DNA of 64,000 bases from Planctomycetota bacterium. GTDB taxonomy: Bacteria; Planctomycetota; UBA1135; GCA-002686595. The stretch covers positions 4,708-68,707 of the forward strand of contig JAPLOF010000028.1 of NCBI GenBank assembly GCA_026692665.1. The letters are read 5' to 3'. The first letter of the stretch is position 1; each line of letters opens with the position of its first letter. The notes under the pieces are model-generated. The model worked only from the letters and a program-made list of their open reading frames with translations. It made no database searches and was not told the origin of the DNA. Of this stretch, positions 12,423-21,337 are shown in pieces. A program made the translations under genes and the position numbers.

Positions 12423-13126
12423 GGCGGATCGAGCTTTTCTCCCAGCTTCCAGGCCAGGTTCGACAGTTGACGCCGCAGCAGCTGGACCTCCGCGTGCAGA
12501 TCGCTGATGCGCCGGTCCACGGCGGTGAGATCCGCGGTGGGTGCCGCGGTCGCCACGAGGTCCGACGGCATCGACGCCCGCGCGGAGGGGGCTGGTGCGG
12601 CGGCGGGGGAGCGCGAGGCCGCCGGGTGCGCTCCCGGCGCGATCGTCTGTCCGTAGCTCTCGGCGCGCGAGCCCGGTTGCGGATCCAGGCGCACCACGAT
12701 TCCGCTCGCGAGCAGTGGAGCGAGCGCGTCCAGGAGGGCCGACTGCGACGGGATGTCGACCATGCGCGAGACGCGCGCGCGGAGCTCGCCCGGTTGTTGC
12801 GGGCCGCGCAGGAGGAGCTCGGCGACGATGGCGACCTGCGCGCGCTCGACCCCCAGCATCGGCCCCGCATTGTGGCGGAAGCGCTCGACGCGGCTTCCGG
12901 CCGGATGGACCGAGCCGGCCCAGCCCTTCACGATCAGCTTGCCTGTCGCGGTGTAGATCTCGGACTCCGAGAGGTCCATCACGGGATCGCGATTCGACTT
13001 CTGGTTGCAGCCCGCGGTCAGGGCGTTCAAGGACAGCGGATACTGCTCGGGCGTCGTGAGTTCCTTCTCGACGAGGACGCCCAGCAATCGTGCTTCGATC
13101 GGTTCCAGCCTGCGTGCTTCTTCCAT
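12419..13126 (-). CDS. YceH (DUF480) family protein
   Basis: The N-terminus LEPIEARLLGVLVEKELTTPEQYPLSLNALTAGCNQKSNRDPVM is the characteristic DUF480 winged-helix repeat. A C-terminal coiled coil is present. Confidence 0.8.
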   Translation of the reverse strand: MEEARRLEPIEARLLGVLVEKELTTPEQYPLSLNALTAGCNQKSNRDPVMDLSESEIYTATGKLIVKGWAGSVHPAGSRVERFRHNAGPMLGVERAQVAIVAELLLRGPQQPGELRARVSRMVDIPSQSALLDALAPLLASGIVVRLDPQPGSRAESYGQTIAPGAHPAASRSPAAAPAPSARASMPSDLVATAAPTADLTAVDRRISDLHAEVQLLRRQLSNLAWKLGEKLDPP

Positions 13127-13136
13127 GGTGCTCTCT

Positions 13137-13448
13137 TCAAGCCTCGAGACGGTCGATGGCCTCGGCCAGGTCGAAGTCCAGCGTCGTCAGGCCGCCCGCG
13201 TCGTGCGTCGAGAGCTCGATCGTGACGCGCCCGTAGCCGTTCGACCAGTCGGGATGATGGTCGGCCTTCTCGGCCAGCAGTGCGACGCGCGTCATGAAGG
13301 AGAACGCGCGGCTGAAGTCGGGGAAACGGAACTCGCGGCGTACGCGGCCCTCGGTCAGCGTCCAGCGCGGGAGGCGCTGCATGCGTTCCGCGATCTCGGA
13401 CGACGTGCACGGCTTCGGTCGGACCATCCGCGCCAGGATAGCGGGCAT
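13137..13448 (-). CDS. 4a-hydroxytetrahydrobiopterin dehydratase (pterin-4-alpha-carbinolamine dehydratase)
   Basis: 103 aa from ATG 13448. PCD motifs are present ([27 protein letters not shown]). The start overlaps the stop of the upstream gene by 1 nt. Confidence 0.85.
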   Translation of the reverse strand: MPAILARMVRPKPCTSSEIAERMQRLPRWTLTEGRVRREFRFPDFSRAFSFMTRVALLAEKADHHPDWSNGYGRVTIELSTHDAGGLTTLDFDLAEAIDRLEA

Positions 13449-15715
13449 CAGGGCGGGAGGACGTACGGTTGGCCGGTTGCATAGAGCGCGGCGCGGGCCT
13501 CGACCTCGGGAATCGGTTCGGACGGGCCGTCGCGCCGCAACATCGAGAGCGCCCGATCCGCCAGCGCGCGCGCCTCGTCGAAGCGTCGATTCGCGGCCAG
13601 CACGGCGGCGAGCGTGTCCAGATCCTGAGGTCCGAGGTCTTCGCGACCGAGGTCCGGGGCGACGAACGCGAGCGCCTCCCGCGGATCGCGCGTCGCCTCC
13701 TCCGGGCAGGTGGCGAGCCACCAGGCGAGAGTCCGAGCGAGCCCGCGATCACTCGGCGACCGCCGCACCCACGCTCGAAGGACGTCCAGGCCCTCGCGCC
13801 AGCGCTTGCCCGCGATGAGGAGATCGCTCAATCCGCCGGCGGCGTTCGTCGAGTCGGCATCGATGCGGAGCGCTTCGCGGAACGCGAGTTCGGCGGCCGC
13901 GGCATCGCCCTGCGCCTCGAGGGCGCGGCCCAAGTTCGCGTGCGCATTGGCGAAGCCCGGCGAGAGCTCGATCGCCCGTCGCTGTCTCACGATCGCGCCC
14001 TGGGTGTCGCCGAGGGCCAGGAGCACGTTTCCGAGGCCGGAATTGGCCTCCCAGTCGTTCGGATCGGAGGCGATCGCCGTCTCGAACTCGCGCCGCGCGC
14101 CGGGGAGATCGCCGCTCTCCACCAGAGCGATCGCGAGGCCGCGGCGCGCGACGGCGTTGGCCGGATCGGCCGCCACGGCGCGTCGCAGGGCCTCGAGCGC
14201 CTCGGGGCCCCGGCCCAGCCTGAGCAGCGCGTTGGCGCGCCGTGCGGCCGCGCCGCGCGCTCCGAGGCGCGCCGCGAGCTCGTAGCGATCCGCGGCGGGA
14301 CTCCAGCTCGACTCGGCCATGTACGCGTCGCCGACCTGCATCTGGAACTGGGGGCGGAACGAGTCCGGTGCATCGCGTCCTCCGGCGCGCAGCGCCGCCG
14401 CCGCCGCGAACGAGACGACCCAGGCCGCGGCCACGGCTCCAGCACGTGCGCGCGCGCGATCGAAGTTGCCCACGGCGACGAGGGCCGCCCCGCCGAACCC
14501 GGCGATCAGCGGCACGACGGGCATGCGGTAGCGCGGCGAGTACCAGAACAAGGCCACGACGAGGAACGTGGCGAGGAACAGCAGGATCTCCGGCGCGTGC
14601 TCGCGCGGACGGCGCGCGAGCATCCAGAGCACCAGCGCGGCGGGCACCGTCCACCACGCGACCGGCATCGGCGCGAAGGCCAGCGCGCGGGCCAGCCCGT
14701 CGTCCGCTTCGAGATCCGCGACGTAGACGTCGCCGTAGACGCGGCCCGAGAAGAACCACCACACCTTCTTGGCCGTGAGCTGCAGCGCCTCGACGGGCTC
14801 GGATTTCCAGTACGCGAGGCCGCGCCGCAGGTAGGCGTCGCTCGTCTGCTTCCAGGATCCGTCCGTCTCGCCGCGCACGACGTCGCGGGCGTCGAGGTTC
14901 TGCTTCACGCGGTCGGTCGACACGCCCTCGGCGGCGTGGAAGATCCCCTCCGCGCCCGGTGCGTTGCCGTGGAAGAACCCGAGGCCCGCCTGCGCGCTGA
15001 GCGGGATGAACTCGCGCCCCGCGAGCCAGTTGTGCAGGGTCGCCGGCGCGATCGTCGCCAGCGAGACGGCGGCCGTGAGCACGCCGCGGCGCGCGCTGTC
15101 CACGCGCCAACCGTGCTTCCAGCAGAGCCAGAGCGGGAGGGCCAGGCACAGCGGCGCGAAAGTCGGGTTCGCGAGCGATCCGAGGCCGATTGCGAGTCCG
15201 AGCCAGGTGGCGCGGCGGACGTCGAGGCGCTCCCCCGCGGCGATCGCCCGTTCCCAGATCCACGCCGTCGCGAAGGCCTGCAGCGTGCAGTTCAGCACGC
15301 GCGCGGTGTGGAACGCCGGGTCGCGGAGCAGGAGGTACAGGCCGGCGCCCAGGATCCCCGCCGCCCACCCGAACCGCGCCGACGTGCAGCGCGCGACGAG
15401 CCAGGCGGTCGCGATGTGCAGGGCGATCTGCAGGAATCCCAGCGCCAGGATGCCGCCGCCGAACGCGCGGACGAGCCCGACGACGTACGGATAGAGCGGC
15501 GCCGACAGGAACGGCGTCGAGCCGACGAGTTCGCCGCGCGCGATCTCGCCGCCCCAGTCCCAGTACGCGGCCGCGTCGTTCAGCGGGTTGCGCGCCAGCG
15601 GATTCGCGCGCGCTCCGTCGACGAGCATCCCGATCTGGATCAGGAGTCCGACGAGCAGGATGCCGAGCAGGATCCTTCGCGGCAGACCGCGGGGGATGGC
15701 TTCGTCGATCGTCAC
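13448..15715 (-). CDS. GT-C fold (GT39/ArnT-like) polytopic membrane protein with C-terminal TPR repeats
   Basis: 755 aa. The N-terminal ~450 aa are multi-TM with a PMT_2-like organisation. The C-terminal ~300 aa are clear TPR units ([26 protein letters not shown].., [24 protein letters not shown]..). Confidence 0.65.
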   Translation of the reverse strand: MTIDEAIPRGLPRRILLGILLVGLLIQIGMLVDGARANPLARNPLNDAAAYWDWGGEIARGELVGSTPFLSAPLYPYVVGLVRAFGGGILALGFLQIALHIATAWLVARCTSARFGWAAGILGAGLYLLLRDPAFHTARVLNCTLQAFATAWIWERAIAAGERLDVRRATWLGLAIGLGSLANPTFAPLCLALPLWLCWKHGWRVDSARRGVLTAAVSLATIAPATLHNWLAGREFIPLSAQAGLGFFHGNAPGAEGIFHAAEGVSTDRVKQNLDARDVVRGETDGSWKQTSDAYLRRGLAYWKSEPVEALQLTAKKVWWFFSGRVYGDVYVADLEADDGLARALAFAPMPVAWWTVPAALVLWMLARRPREHAPEILLFLATFLVVALFWYSPRYRMPVVPLIAGFGGAALVAVGNFDRARARAGAVAAAWVVSFAAAAALRAGGRDAPDSFRPQFQMQVGDAYMAESSWSPAADRYELAARLGARGAAARRANALLRLGRGPEALEALRRAVAADPANAVARRGLAIALVESGDLPGARREFETAIASDPNDWEANSGLGNVLLALGDTQGAIVRQRRAIELSPGFANAHANLGRALEAQGDAAAAELAFREALRIDADSTNAAGGLSDLLIAGKRWREGLDVLRAWVRRSPSDRGLARTLAWWLATCPEEATRDPREALAFVAPDLGREDLGPQDLDTLAAVLAANRRFDEARALADRALSMLRRDGPSEPIPEVEARAALYATGQPYVLPP

Positions 15716-15814
15716 GAGACGCGCAGACTACGCGCGGCGGGTCGCGAATGAGAAGCGGGAGCGCGATTCGCGCTCCCGCTCGACGGAACTCGGATGGCTC
15801 CCGCGTCGGCCGGC

Positions 15815-16768
15815 TCAGCCCTTGCGCGCCGCGGCGACCGCCTTCGTCAGCGCGGGCAGGATCTCGAACGCGTCGCCCACCAGGCCGTAGTCGGCGATCT
15901 TGAAGATCGGCGCGTCGGCGTCCTTGTTGATCGCGACGATGATCTTCGAAGTGCGCATGCCGGCCAGGTGCTGGATCGCGCCCGAGATGCCGACGGCCAC
16001 GTAGAGCTGCGGGCTGACCGTCTTGCCCGTCTGCCCGACCTGTTCGCCGTGCGGACGCCAGCCGGCGTCGACGACCGCGCGCGACGCGCCCGTCGCGGCC
16101 GAGCCGAAGGCCGCGGCGAGTTCCTCGATCAGGTGGAAGTGCTCCGGACCGCGCAGGCCGCGACCGCCGGACACCACGATCGGCGCCTCCTTGACGTCGA
16201 GCTTGCCGCCCGACTTCTCCGCGACGGCCGTGACGTTGGCCTTGCCGTCGCTCGAAGCCGCGCGCGTGACGATCTCGGCGGAACCGCCCGACTCGGACGC
16301 GGGGAACACGTTCGGCCGCGTCGTCGCGCAGAAGACGGGAGCCGTCGACCGCAGCGTCGCGATGGCCTTGCCGGCGAGCCACGGGCGGGTGGCGGCGAGC
16401 GCTCCGCCGTCCGCGCGCAGTCCCGTGCAGTCCGACAGCAGCGTCGAATCGAGCAGCGCGGCCACGCGCGGAGCGACGTCCTTGCCTGTCGTGGTCGCCG
16501 CGGCGAGGAAGGCCTTGGCCCCGAGCTCCTTGGCGACCGCCGCGACGTCGCGCGCGACCGCGTCGGCGCTCCAGCGCGCGGCTCCCGTCAGCGCGACGAC
16601 CTTCGTCGCGCCGTACTTGCCCAGGCTCGCGGCGGCCTTGTCGGCGCCGTCGCCGGCCACGACCGCGGCGATCGGCATGCCGGTCGCGCGTGCCGCGGAA
16701 ATGCACTCGAGGCTCGCGCGGCGCGCGACACCATGGGACTGTTCGACGAAGACGAGGATCGTGCTCAT
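15815..16768 (-). CDS. etfA: electron transfer flavoprotein subunit alpha
   Basis: ATG 16768 ([10 protein letters not shown]..), 317 aa. It has the C-terminal FAD-binding signature [19 protein letters not shown]. The longer track ORF is read-through into etfB. Confidence 0.93.
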   Translation of the reverse strand: MSTILVFVEQSHGVARRASLECISAARATGMPIAAVVAGDGADKAAASLGKYGATKVVALTGAARWSADAVARDVAAVAKELGAKAFLAAATTTGKDVAPRVAALLDSTLLSDCTGLRADGGALAATRPWLAGKAIATLRSTAPVFCATTRPNVFPASESGGSAEIVTRAASSDGKANVTAVAEKSGGKLDVKEAPIVVSGGRGLRGPEHFHLIEELAAAFGSAATGASRAVVDAGWRPHGEQVGQTGKTVSPQLYVAVGISGAIQHLAGMRTSKIIVAINKDADAPIFKIADYGLVGDAFEILPALTKAVAAARKG

Positions 16769-16779
16769 GGGTGCAGCTT

Positions 16780-17532
16780 TCAGAGGATCTTGGCTTCGTT
16801 CTTCAGCGCATCGACGAGCGCGGTGACGCCGGCCACGCCCTCGCCCACGATGCGTCCGGCCTTGCGCGCCGGCGGGAGCTCGACGGACACGACGACCGCC
16901 TGCGCGCCGGAGTCGACGGGCGCCTCCTCGGCGATCGTCTTCGTCTTGACCGCCATGATCCCCTTCAAGCTCGCGCGACGCGGCTCGTTGAGGCCCTTGT
17001 TGCACGTGATGACGGCGGGGAGGTTGCACTCGACCGTCTCGACGCCGTGTTCCGTCTCGCGCTTCGCGGTGACTTTGCCGCCCCCGATCTCGAGCGCCAC
17101 GACTTCCGTCACACAGGCCCAGCCGAGGTACGTCGCGAGCATCGGGCCGACCGCGGCGTTGTCGCGGTCCGTCGCGACGCGACCCGTGAAGACGACGTCC
17201 GCGCCGATTGCCTGGACCTTGGCGGCGAGCGCCTTGGCGGTCCAGCGCGGATCGCGGCCCGACGCCTCGGCGTCCTTCAGGATCACGCCGTTGTCCGCGC
17301 CGCGCGCGAGGAACTCGCGCACTTCCTTGGCCGCGTCGCTGGTGCCGATCGTGAGCACCGTGACGTCGCCGCCGTGCTTCTCCTTGGCCTGGATCGCGGC
17401 CTCGACCGCGAGCTCGTCGTAGAACGAGGCCATGTACTGCCAGCCGGCCGGGTCGAGCGACTTGCCGTCGCCGCCGACCTTGGCCTGGGCCTCGGTCGTG
17501 GGGACGCGCTTGATGCAGGCGACGATCTTCAT
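16780..17532 (-). CDS. etfB: electron transfer flavoprotein subunit beta
   Basis: ATG 17532 (MKIVACIKRVP..), 250 aa. Typical EtfB sequence throughout, lying immediately upstream of etfA. Confidence 0.93.
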   Translation of the reverse strand: MKIVACIKRVPTTEAQAKVGGDGKSLDPAGWQYMASFYDELAVEAAIQAKEKHGGDVTVLTIGTSDAAKEVREFLARGADNGVILKDAEASGRDPRWTAKALAAKVQAIGADVVFTGRVATDRDNAAVGPMLATYLGWACVTEVVALEIGGGKVTAKRETEHGVETVECNLPAVITCNKGLNEPRRASLKGIMAVKTKTIAEEAPVDSGAQAVVVSVELPPARKAGRIVGEGVAGVTALVDALKNEAKIL

Positions 17533-17678
17533 CGGTGGTGGGTTCGGGCCGGACTGGCCGCCGGATGCGAGCCGTTCCGACGCGTTTCGGGGGAGTTTCG
17601 GGGGCGAGCAGGCTACTCGCAGATCCGGACGAGCGGCAAGGGCGCACAGGATCCCGCCCGCCCGGTACCCTTCCGAGC

Positions 17679-17972
17679 ATGATCCAGCGCTTCCAGGGCG
17701 AGTTCGACGTGGTCCTGACCTCCGTCGACTACGTGGAGGGCGAGCTCGCGCGCGAGCTGCTGGAGTCCGTGGGCATCCCTTCGCTCCTGCACACGCCCGA
17801 CTTCGACATCGCCGAGTTCGGGTTCGCTGCCTACCGCCAGCTTCGACACGGCGACGTGCTCGTCCCGCGCGGCGCTCGTCCCGCCGCCCGCGCCGCCCTG
17901 GTCGAAGCCTGGGGCGAGGATGCGGTCGCACGCCACGATCCGCGATCCGAGTCGAGTCGGCCCCAGATGTGA
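17679..17972 (+). CDS. small DUF2007-like protein (putative signal-transducing protein fold)
   Basis: ATG 17679 (MIQRFQGEFDVVLTSVDYVEGELARELLESVGIPSLL..), 97 aa. The assignment rests on general resemblance only. Confidence 0.45.
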   Translation: MIQRFQGEFDVVLTSVDYVEGELARELLESVGIPSLLHTPDFDIAEFGFAAYRQLRHGDVLVPRGARPAARAALVEAWGEDAVARHDPRSESSRPQM

Positions 17973-17987
17973 TGGTCGCGGTCCGCG

Positions 17988-19295
17988 CTACGTTCCCCAG
18001 GCGAACTCGATCCCGTTCGTGAGGTTGAATCCCGCGGGCGTGCAGAACGCGGCGTTGTTGCGGTACCAACCCTGGTAGGTCCGCGTGCCGGGCATCGTCA
18101 CCGCGCCCATCACCGAGATCGACGCGTCGCCCGGGCTCGGGTACTGGCTGGCTCCCGCACCGTTCAGCTTGGTGCCCAGGCGGCTCACGGCGCCGCCCGC
18201 GCAGCGCAGCCCGTCGCCGAAGACGGTGCCCGCTCCGCCGTTGTGCCGCAGCGTGCCCTGGAAGTAGAGGCACGCGGCGTTCGTCATGTCCGAGCCGAGC
18301 AGGACCACCGTGTCGTTCGCGAGGCTCGCGTTGCCGAACACGCGCAGCTTGCCGCCCTTCCCGAGCGAGTTCAGGCATCCCACCGCGTCACCGACGCTGG
18401 AGTTGTTGCCGCACGGACACTGTGTGTGTGTCGGCCCGCCATCTCCCGCGCAGAACGCGGTCTGCGGCAGGAACGGCTCGCACGCGGTGCCGTACAGCCG
18501 GAGCTCGAAGCCTGCGAACGGATTCCCGCCGAAGAACGCGCAGCCGTACGCCGGACCGCCCGACAGGTCGGTGATGCGGAACGAGTCGCGATTGCCCAGG
18601 CCGGTGCCCGGACCTGGATTGCCGGTGAAGTACGTGCCGGCGCCCTCGGCGCAAACCGCCGGGTTCCCGGCGATGACCGGCCCGGTCTGCGTGCCCGGAG
18701 CCGTCGACGTCATGCCCCAGGCGAACCGGTCCGCCGTCGTCCCGCCGGTGTACTGACCGTCTCCATCGGCGGTCAACACGAACGAGCCGCCGCCGGCGCC
18801 GGTGAGGTCGATCGTCACCGTCCAGCACGTGAGTGCCCCGGCCGCGCTGGAGGGCAATCCGTTCAGCGCGATCGTCGCCGTCGGGGTGATGCCGAGGACC
18901 GGGGAGCAGGCCGGATGGTCCGCGTAGAACCGGTGCGTGTAGGTCCCGAAGCTGCTCGGCGTCTGGTCCGTGCAGTACGAGAACGTGAAGCCGTCGACGC
19001 GGTAGTACGTGGAGCAACCGACGGGCGGAGGCGCCGACGGACTCGGGATGCGGCCTTCGTCCACGTACGTGAACCCCGAGAGGGCGCTGTAGTACCCCGA
19101 CGGACACGTGTTCTCGTAGAGCACGTCCGGGCCGAGCGTCGCCTGTTGCGCGCGACGGGTCCACGTGCCCGTTGCGAGGTGCAAGGTGCCCGCGTCGCGC
19201 ACGGCCGTTGCGGGGCGCGCCGTGGCCGGGGCCTGCGCCTCGGCGAGCGGGAGGTGAGACGTCAGGGCGAGCGCGGCGATCAGGGAGGTTCTCAT
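17988..19295 (-). CDS. secreted protein, unique N-terminal region plus shared Cys-rich C-terminal domain (CTD family member 1)
   Basis: ATG 19295 with signal peptide MRTSLIAALALTSHLPLAEAQA, 435 aa. The last 154 aa (17988-18452) carry CAGDG..CPCGNNS..GCLNS..LYFQG..FGDGLRCAGG..YQGWYRN..FCT..FNLTNG..W-G-T-end. Confidence 0.8.
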   Translation of the reverse strand: MRTSLIAALALTSHLPLAEAQAPATARPATAVRDAGTLHLATGTWTRRAQQATLGPDVLYENTCPSGYYSALSGFTYVDEGRIPSPSAPPPVGCSTYYRVDGFTFSYCTDQTPSSFGTYTHRFYADHPACSPVLGITPTATIALNGLPSSAAGALTCWTVTIDLTGAGGGSFVLTADGDGQYTGGTTADRFAWGMTSTAPGTQTGPVIAGNPAVCAEGAGTYFTGNPGPGTGLGNRDSFRITDLSGGPAYGCAFFGGNPFAGFELRLYGTACEPFLPQTAFCAGDGGPTHTQCPCGNNSSVGDAVGCLNSLGKGGKLRVFGNASLANDTVVLLGSDMTNAACLYFQGTLRHNGGAGTVFGDGLRCAGGAVSRLGTKLNGAGASQYPSPGDASISVMGAVTMPGTRTYQGWYRNNAAFCTPAGFNLTNGIEFAWGT

Positions 19296-19492
19296 CAGGG
19301 ATGTCCGTGGAAGATGAGTGCGGCACCAGCTCGGCTGCGAATCCCGGGTGCGTAGTCTCCGGTCGCGCGGTCGTTGCGCGGATTCTCGGAACGAAATCCG
19401 GCTGGGTTTGCAGCCTGGCGCTCGCTCCAACCGGGTAGACGGGCCGTTTGCCCGCAAGGTTCCAGGATTCGCTCCCCGTCGGGGCGAAGTCG

Positions 19493-21304
19493 ATGCCGAG
19501 AAGTCCGGGCGCTCGTGGCCCGCGCGTAGAATCTCTCCACGTGTTCGCGAACCTGCTCGCTCCGGCCGAGGCCGTTCCCCAGCGGCCCACGCGGCGCGCG
19601 TGGGGGATCCTGCTGCTCTTGACCGCGCTCGTCGCGGCCTTGCACCTCGTCGGGCTCGATTGGCACCTGCCGCACCATCCGCAGGGCGACGAGAAGGTCC
19701 TCTGGCTCCAGGTGGCGATCGCGCGCGGCGAGGAGGTCACGCCGGCCGAGAGGCTCCTGGCTCGCTGCTATCCGTCGCTGCTCGGTCGCGCGGCGGACGC
19801 GCTCGTGTCCGAGACCCGTCCAGCGGCGCCCGGCGACGTCGCCGCACTGCGCGAGGCCGCGGTCCACGAGCTCTACGGCATCCGTCTCCTGGTCGCGATC
19901 CTCTCCGCGGGAATCGTCCCGGCGACGTGGCTCGTCGCGCGGTGGTTCCTGCGCGAGCGCTGGGCGTTCCTGGCGGCGGCCCTCGCGTCGACGAGCACGA
20001 TCGCCGTCTGGTACTCGTCGATGGCGCGGCCCCACGCGGTCGTCGTCGTGTTCCTGACGGCGACGGTCGCGGCGAGCCTGCGGGCCCGCGCGACGGGGCG
20101 CATCCGCGATTTCTTGCTGGCGGGCGCATTCGCCGCGCTCGCCGTCGGCACGCTGCACAGCGGGGCGTGCGCATGCGCCGCCGTCGCAGCCGCGTGGGCC
20201 TGGAACGCGCGGCCGCGGTTCGGAGCTCCGCTCGTCGGAGCCGTCCTGGCCGCGGTGCTCGTCCTCGTTTCGCTCTTCGTGTTCCTGCGCGGCGAGCCCC
20301 TGCCCGATCTGGCGGGCGGAGAGAAGCCCGGAAACGCGCTGCTCTCCTTCTTCGGGATGGGCGTGCACAACGTCGATGCGGGCTTCTTCGACGGTGGCGG
20401 CTTCGTTCGATTCGCACGCGCGATGCGCGACTGGGAGCCGATCCTCGCGCTCGGCGCCGCGGTCGGCATCGCGTGCTTGATCGGGTCCGTACTCCGCGGC
20501 GGCGCCGATCGGACGCGCCGAGCGGTGTTCTGGACCGTGGCCGCGCAGCCTCTGACGCACCTCCTGCTCTTCGGCGCCTACAGCGACAGTTTTCAGCGCT
20601 TCTGGCTGCCGCTGATCCCGTACCTCGCGATCCTCGCCGTGGTGGGTGCGGTGTCGTGCTGGAACGCGGCGCCGGTTCGTGTTCGACCCTTCGTCGCCGG
20701 CCTCTGCACGACCCTGGCCCTGGCCCAGCTCGGGATCGCGCTGCAGATCGCGCGGTTGCGAGTCCGCGACGACACGCACGAGCTGGCGGCGCACTGGATC
20801 GAGACGCATCCCGCGAACGGGCCGTTCTTCATCGGCCCGACCGTGCGCGTGCCGCTCGTCGCCCGGGACCCGGCGTACCGCGCCGAGCTCCTGACGAGCC
20901 GCATGTACTTCGTTCCCTGGGTGCTCGCACTGACGCGGCTCGATGACGCCACGCGCGATGCCGCAGGGATCGATCTCCGCGATCTGCCGCTGCGGCGTCT
21001 GGACCAGCGCAACCAGCTCGAGTTGCAACCGGCCCGCTTCGTCGACGGACTCGGGAAGGGCTGCGTCTTCCTGGAGCGCATCCGCGACGATCGCCGCAAG
21101 ATGTTCCGGGTGCTGCGCGAGGAGCTCGTGCGGCGCGGCGAACCTCTGGCCGCGTTCGACCCGCGACCGCCCACGATTCCCGGCGCTCAGCCGATCGACT
21201 ACATGCTCGACGGCCCTGGGGCACCGGAGGCCTGGTTCGCATGGAGCCTCGTCTGGGTCGAGCGGCTGGGGCCTTCGATCGAGGTCTTCAGCACCGGGAA
21301 CTGA
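19493..21304 (+). CDS. polytopic membrane protein, putative GT-C fold glycosyltransferase
   Basis: About 10-12 predicted TM helices, then a soluble C-terminal ~190 aa. The first loop has an acidic motif (HHPQGDEKVLW). The start is uncertain (ATG 19493 or track start 19448). Family assignment is by architecture only. Confidence 0.45.
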   Translation: MPRSPGARGPRVESLHVFANLLAPAEAVPQRPTRRAWGILLLLTALVAALHLVGLDWHLPHHPQGDEKVLWLQVAIARGEEVTPAERLLARCYPSLLGRAADALVSETRPAAPGDVAALREAAVHELYGIRLLVAILSAGIVPATWLVARWFLRERWAFLAAALASTSTIAVWYSSMARPHAVVVVFLTATVAASLRARATGRIRDFLLAGAFAALAVGTLHSGACACAAVAAAWAWNARPRFGAPLVGAVLAAVLVLVSLFVFLRGEPLPDLAGGEKPGNALLSFFGMGVHNVDAGFFDGGGFVRFARAMRDWEPILALGAAVGIACLIGSVLRGGADRTRRAVFWTVAAQPLTHLLLFGAYSDSFQRFWLPLIPYLAILAVVGAVSCWNAAPVRVRPFVAGLCTTLALAQLGIALQIARLRVRDDTHELAAHWIETHPANGPFFIGPTVRVPLVARDPAYRAELLTSRMYFVPWVLALTRLDDATRDAAGIDLRDLPLRRLDQRNQLELQPARFVDGLGKGCVFLERIRDDRRKMFRVLREELVRRGEPLAAFDPRPPTIPGAQPIDYMLDGPGAPEAWFAWSLVWVERLGPSIEVFSTGN

Positions 21305-21337
21305 TCCGGCGCTCCGTCGAGTTCGGCTCCCGCGCGC

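Noticed and set aside
13469-16706. Overlapping 760-aa (+) and 985-aa (-) ORFs
   Set aside because: They are alternative frames over the GT39/TPR and etfA genes, and the composition is extremely Arg/Gly/Pro-rich. The annotated frames carry clear TM/TPR and ETF signatures instead.
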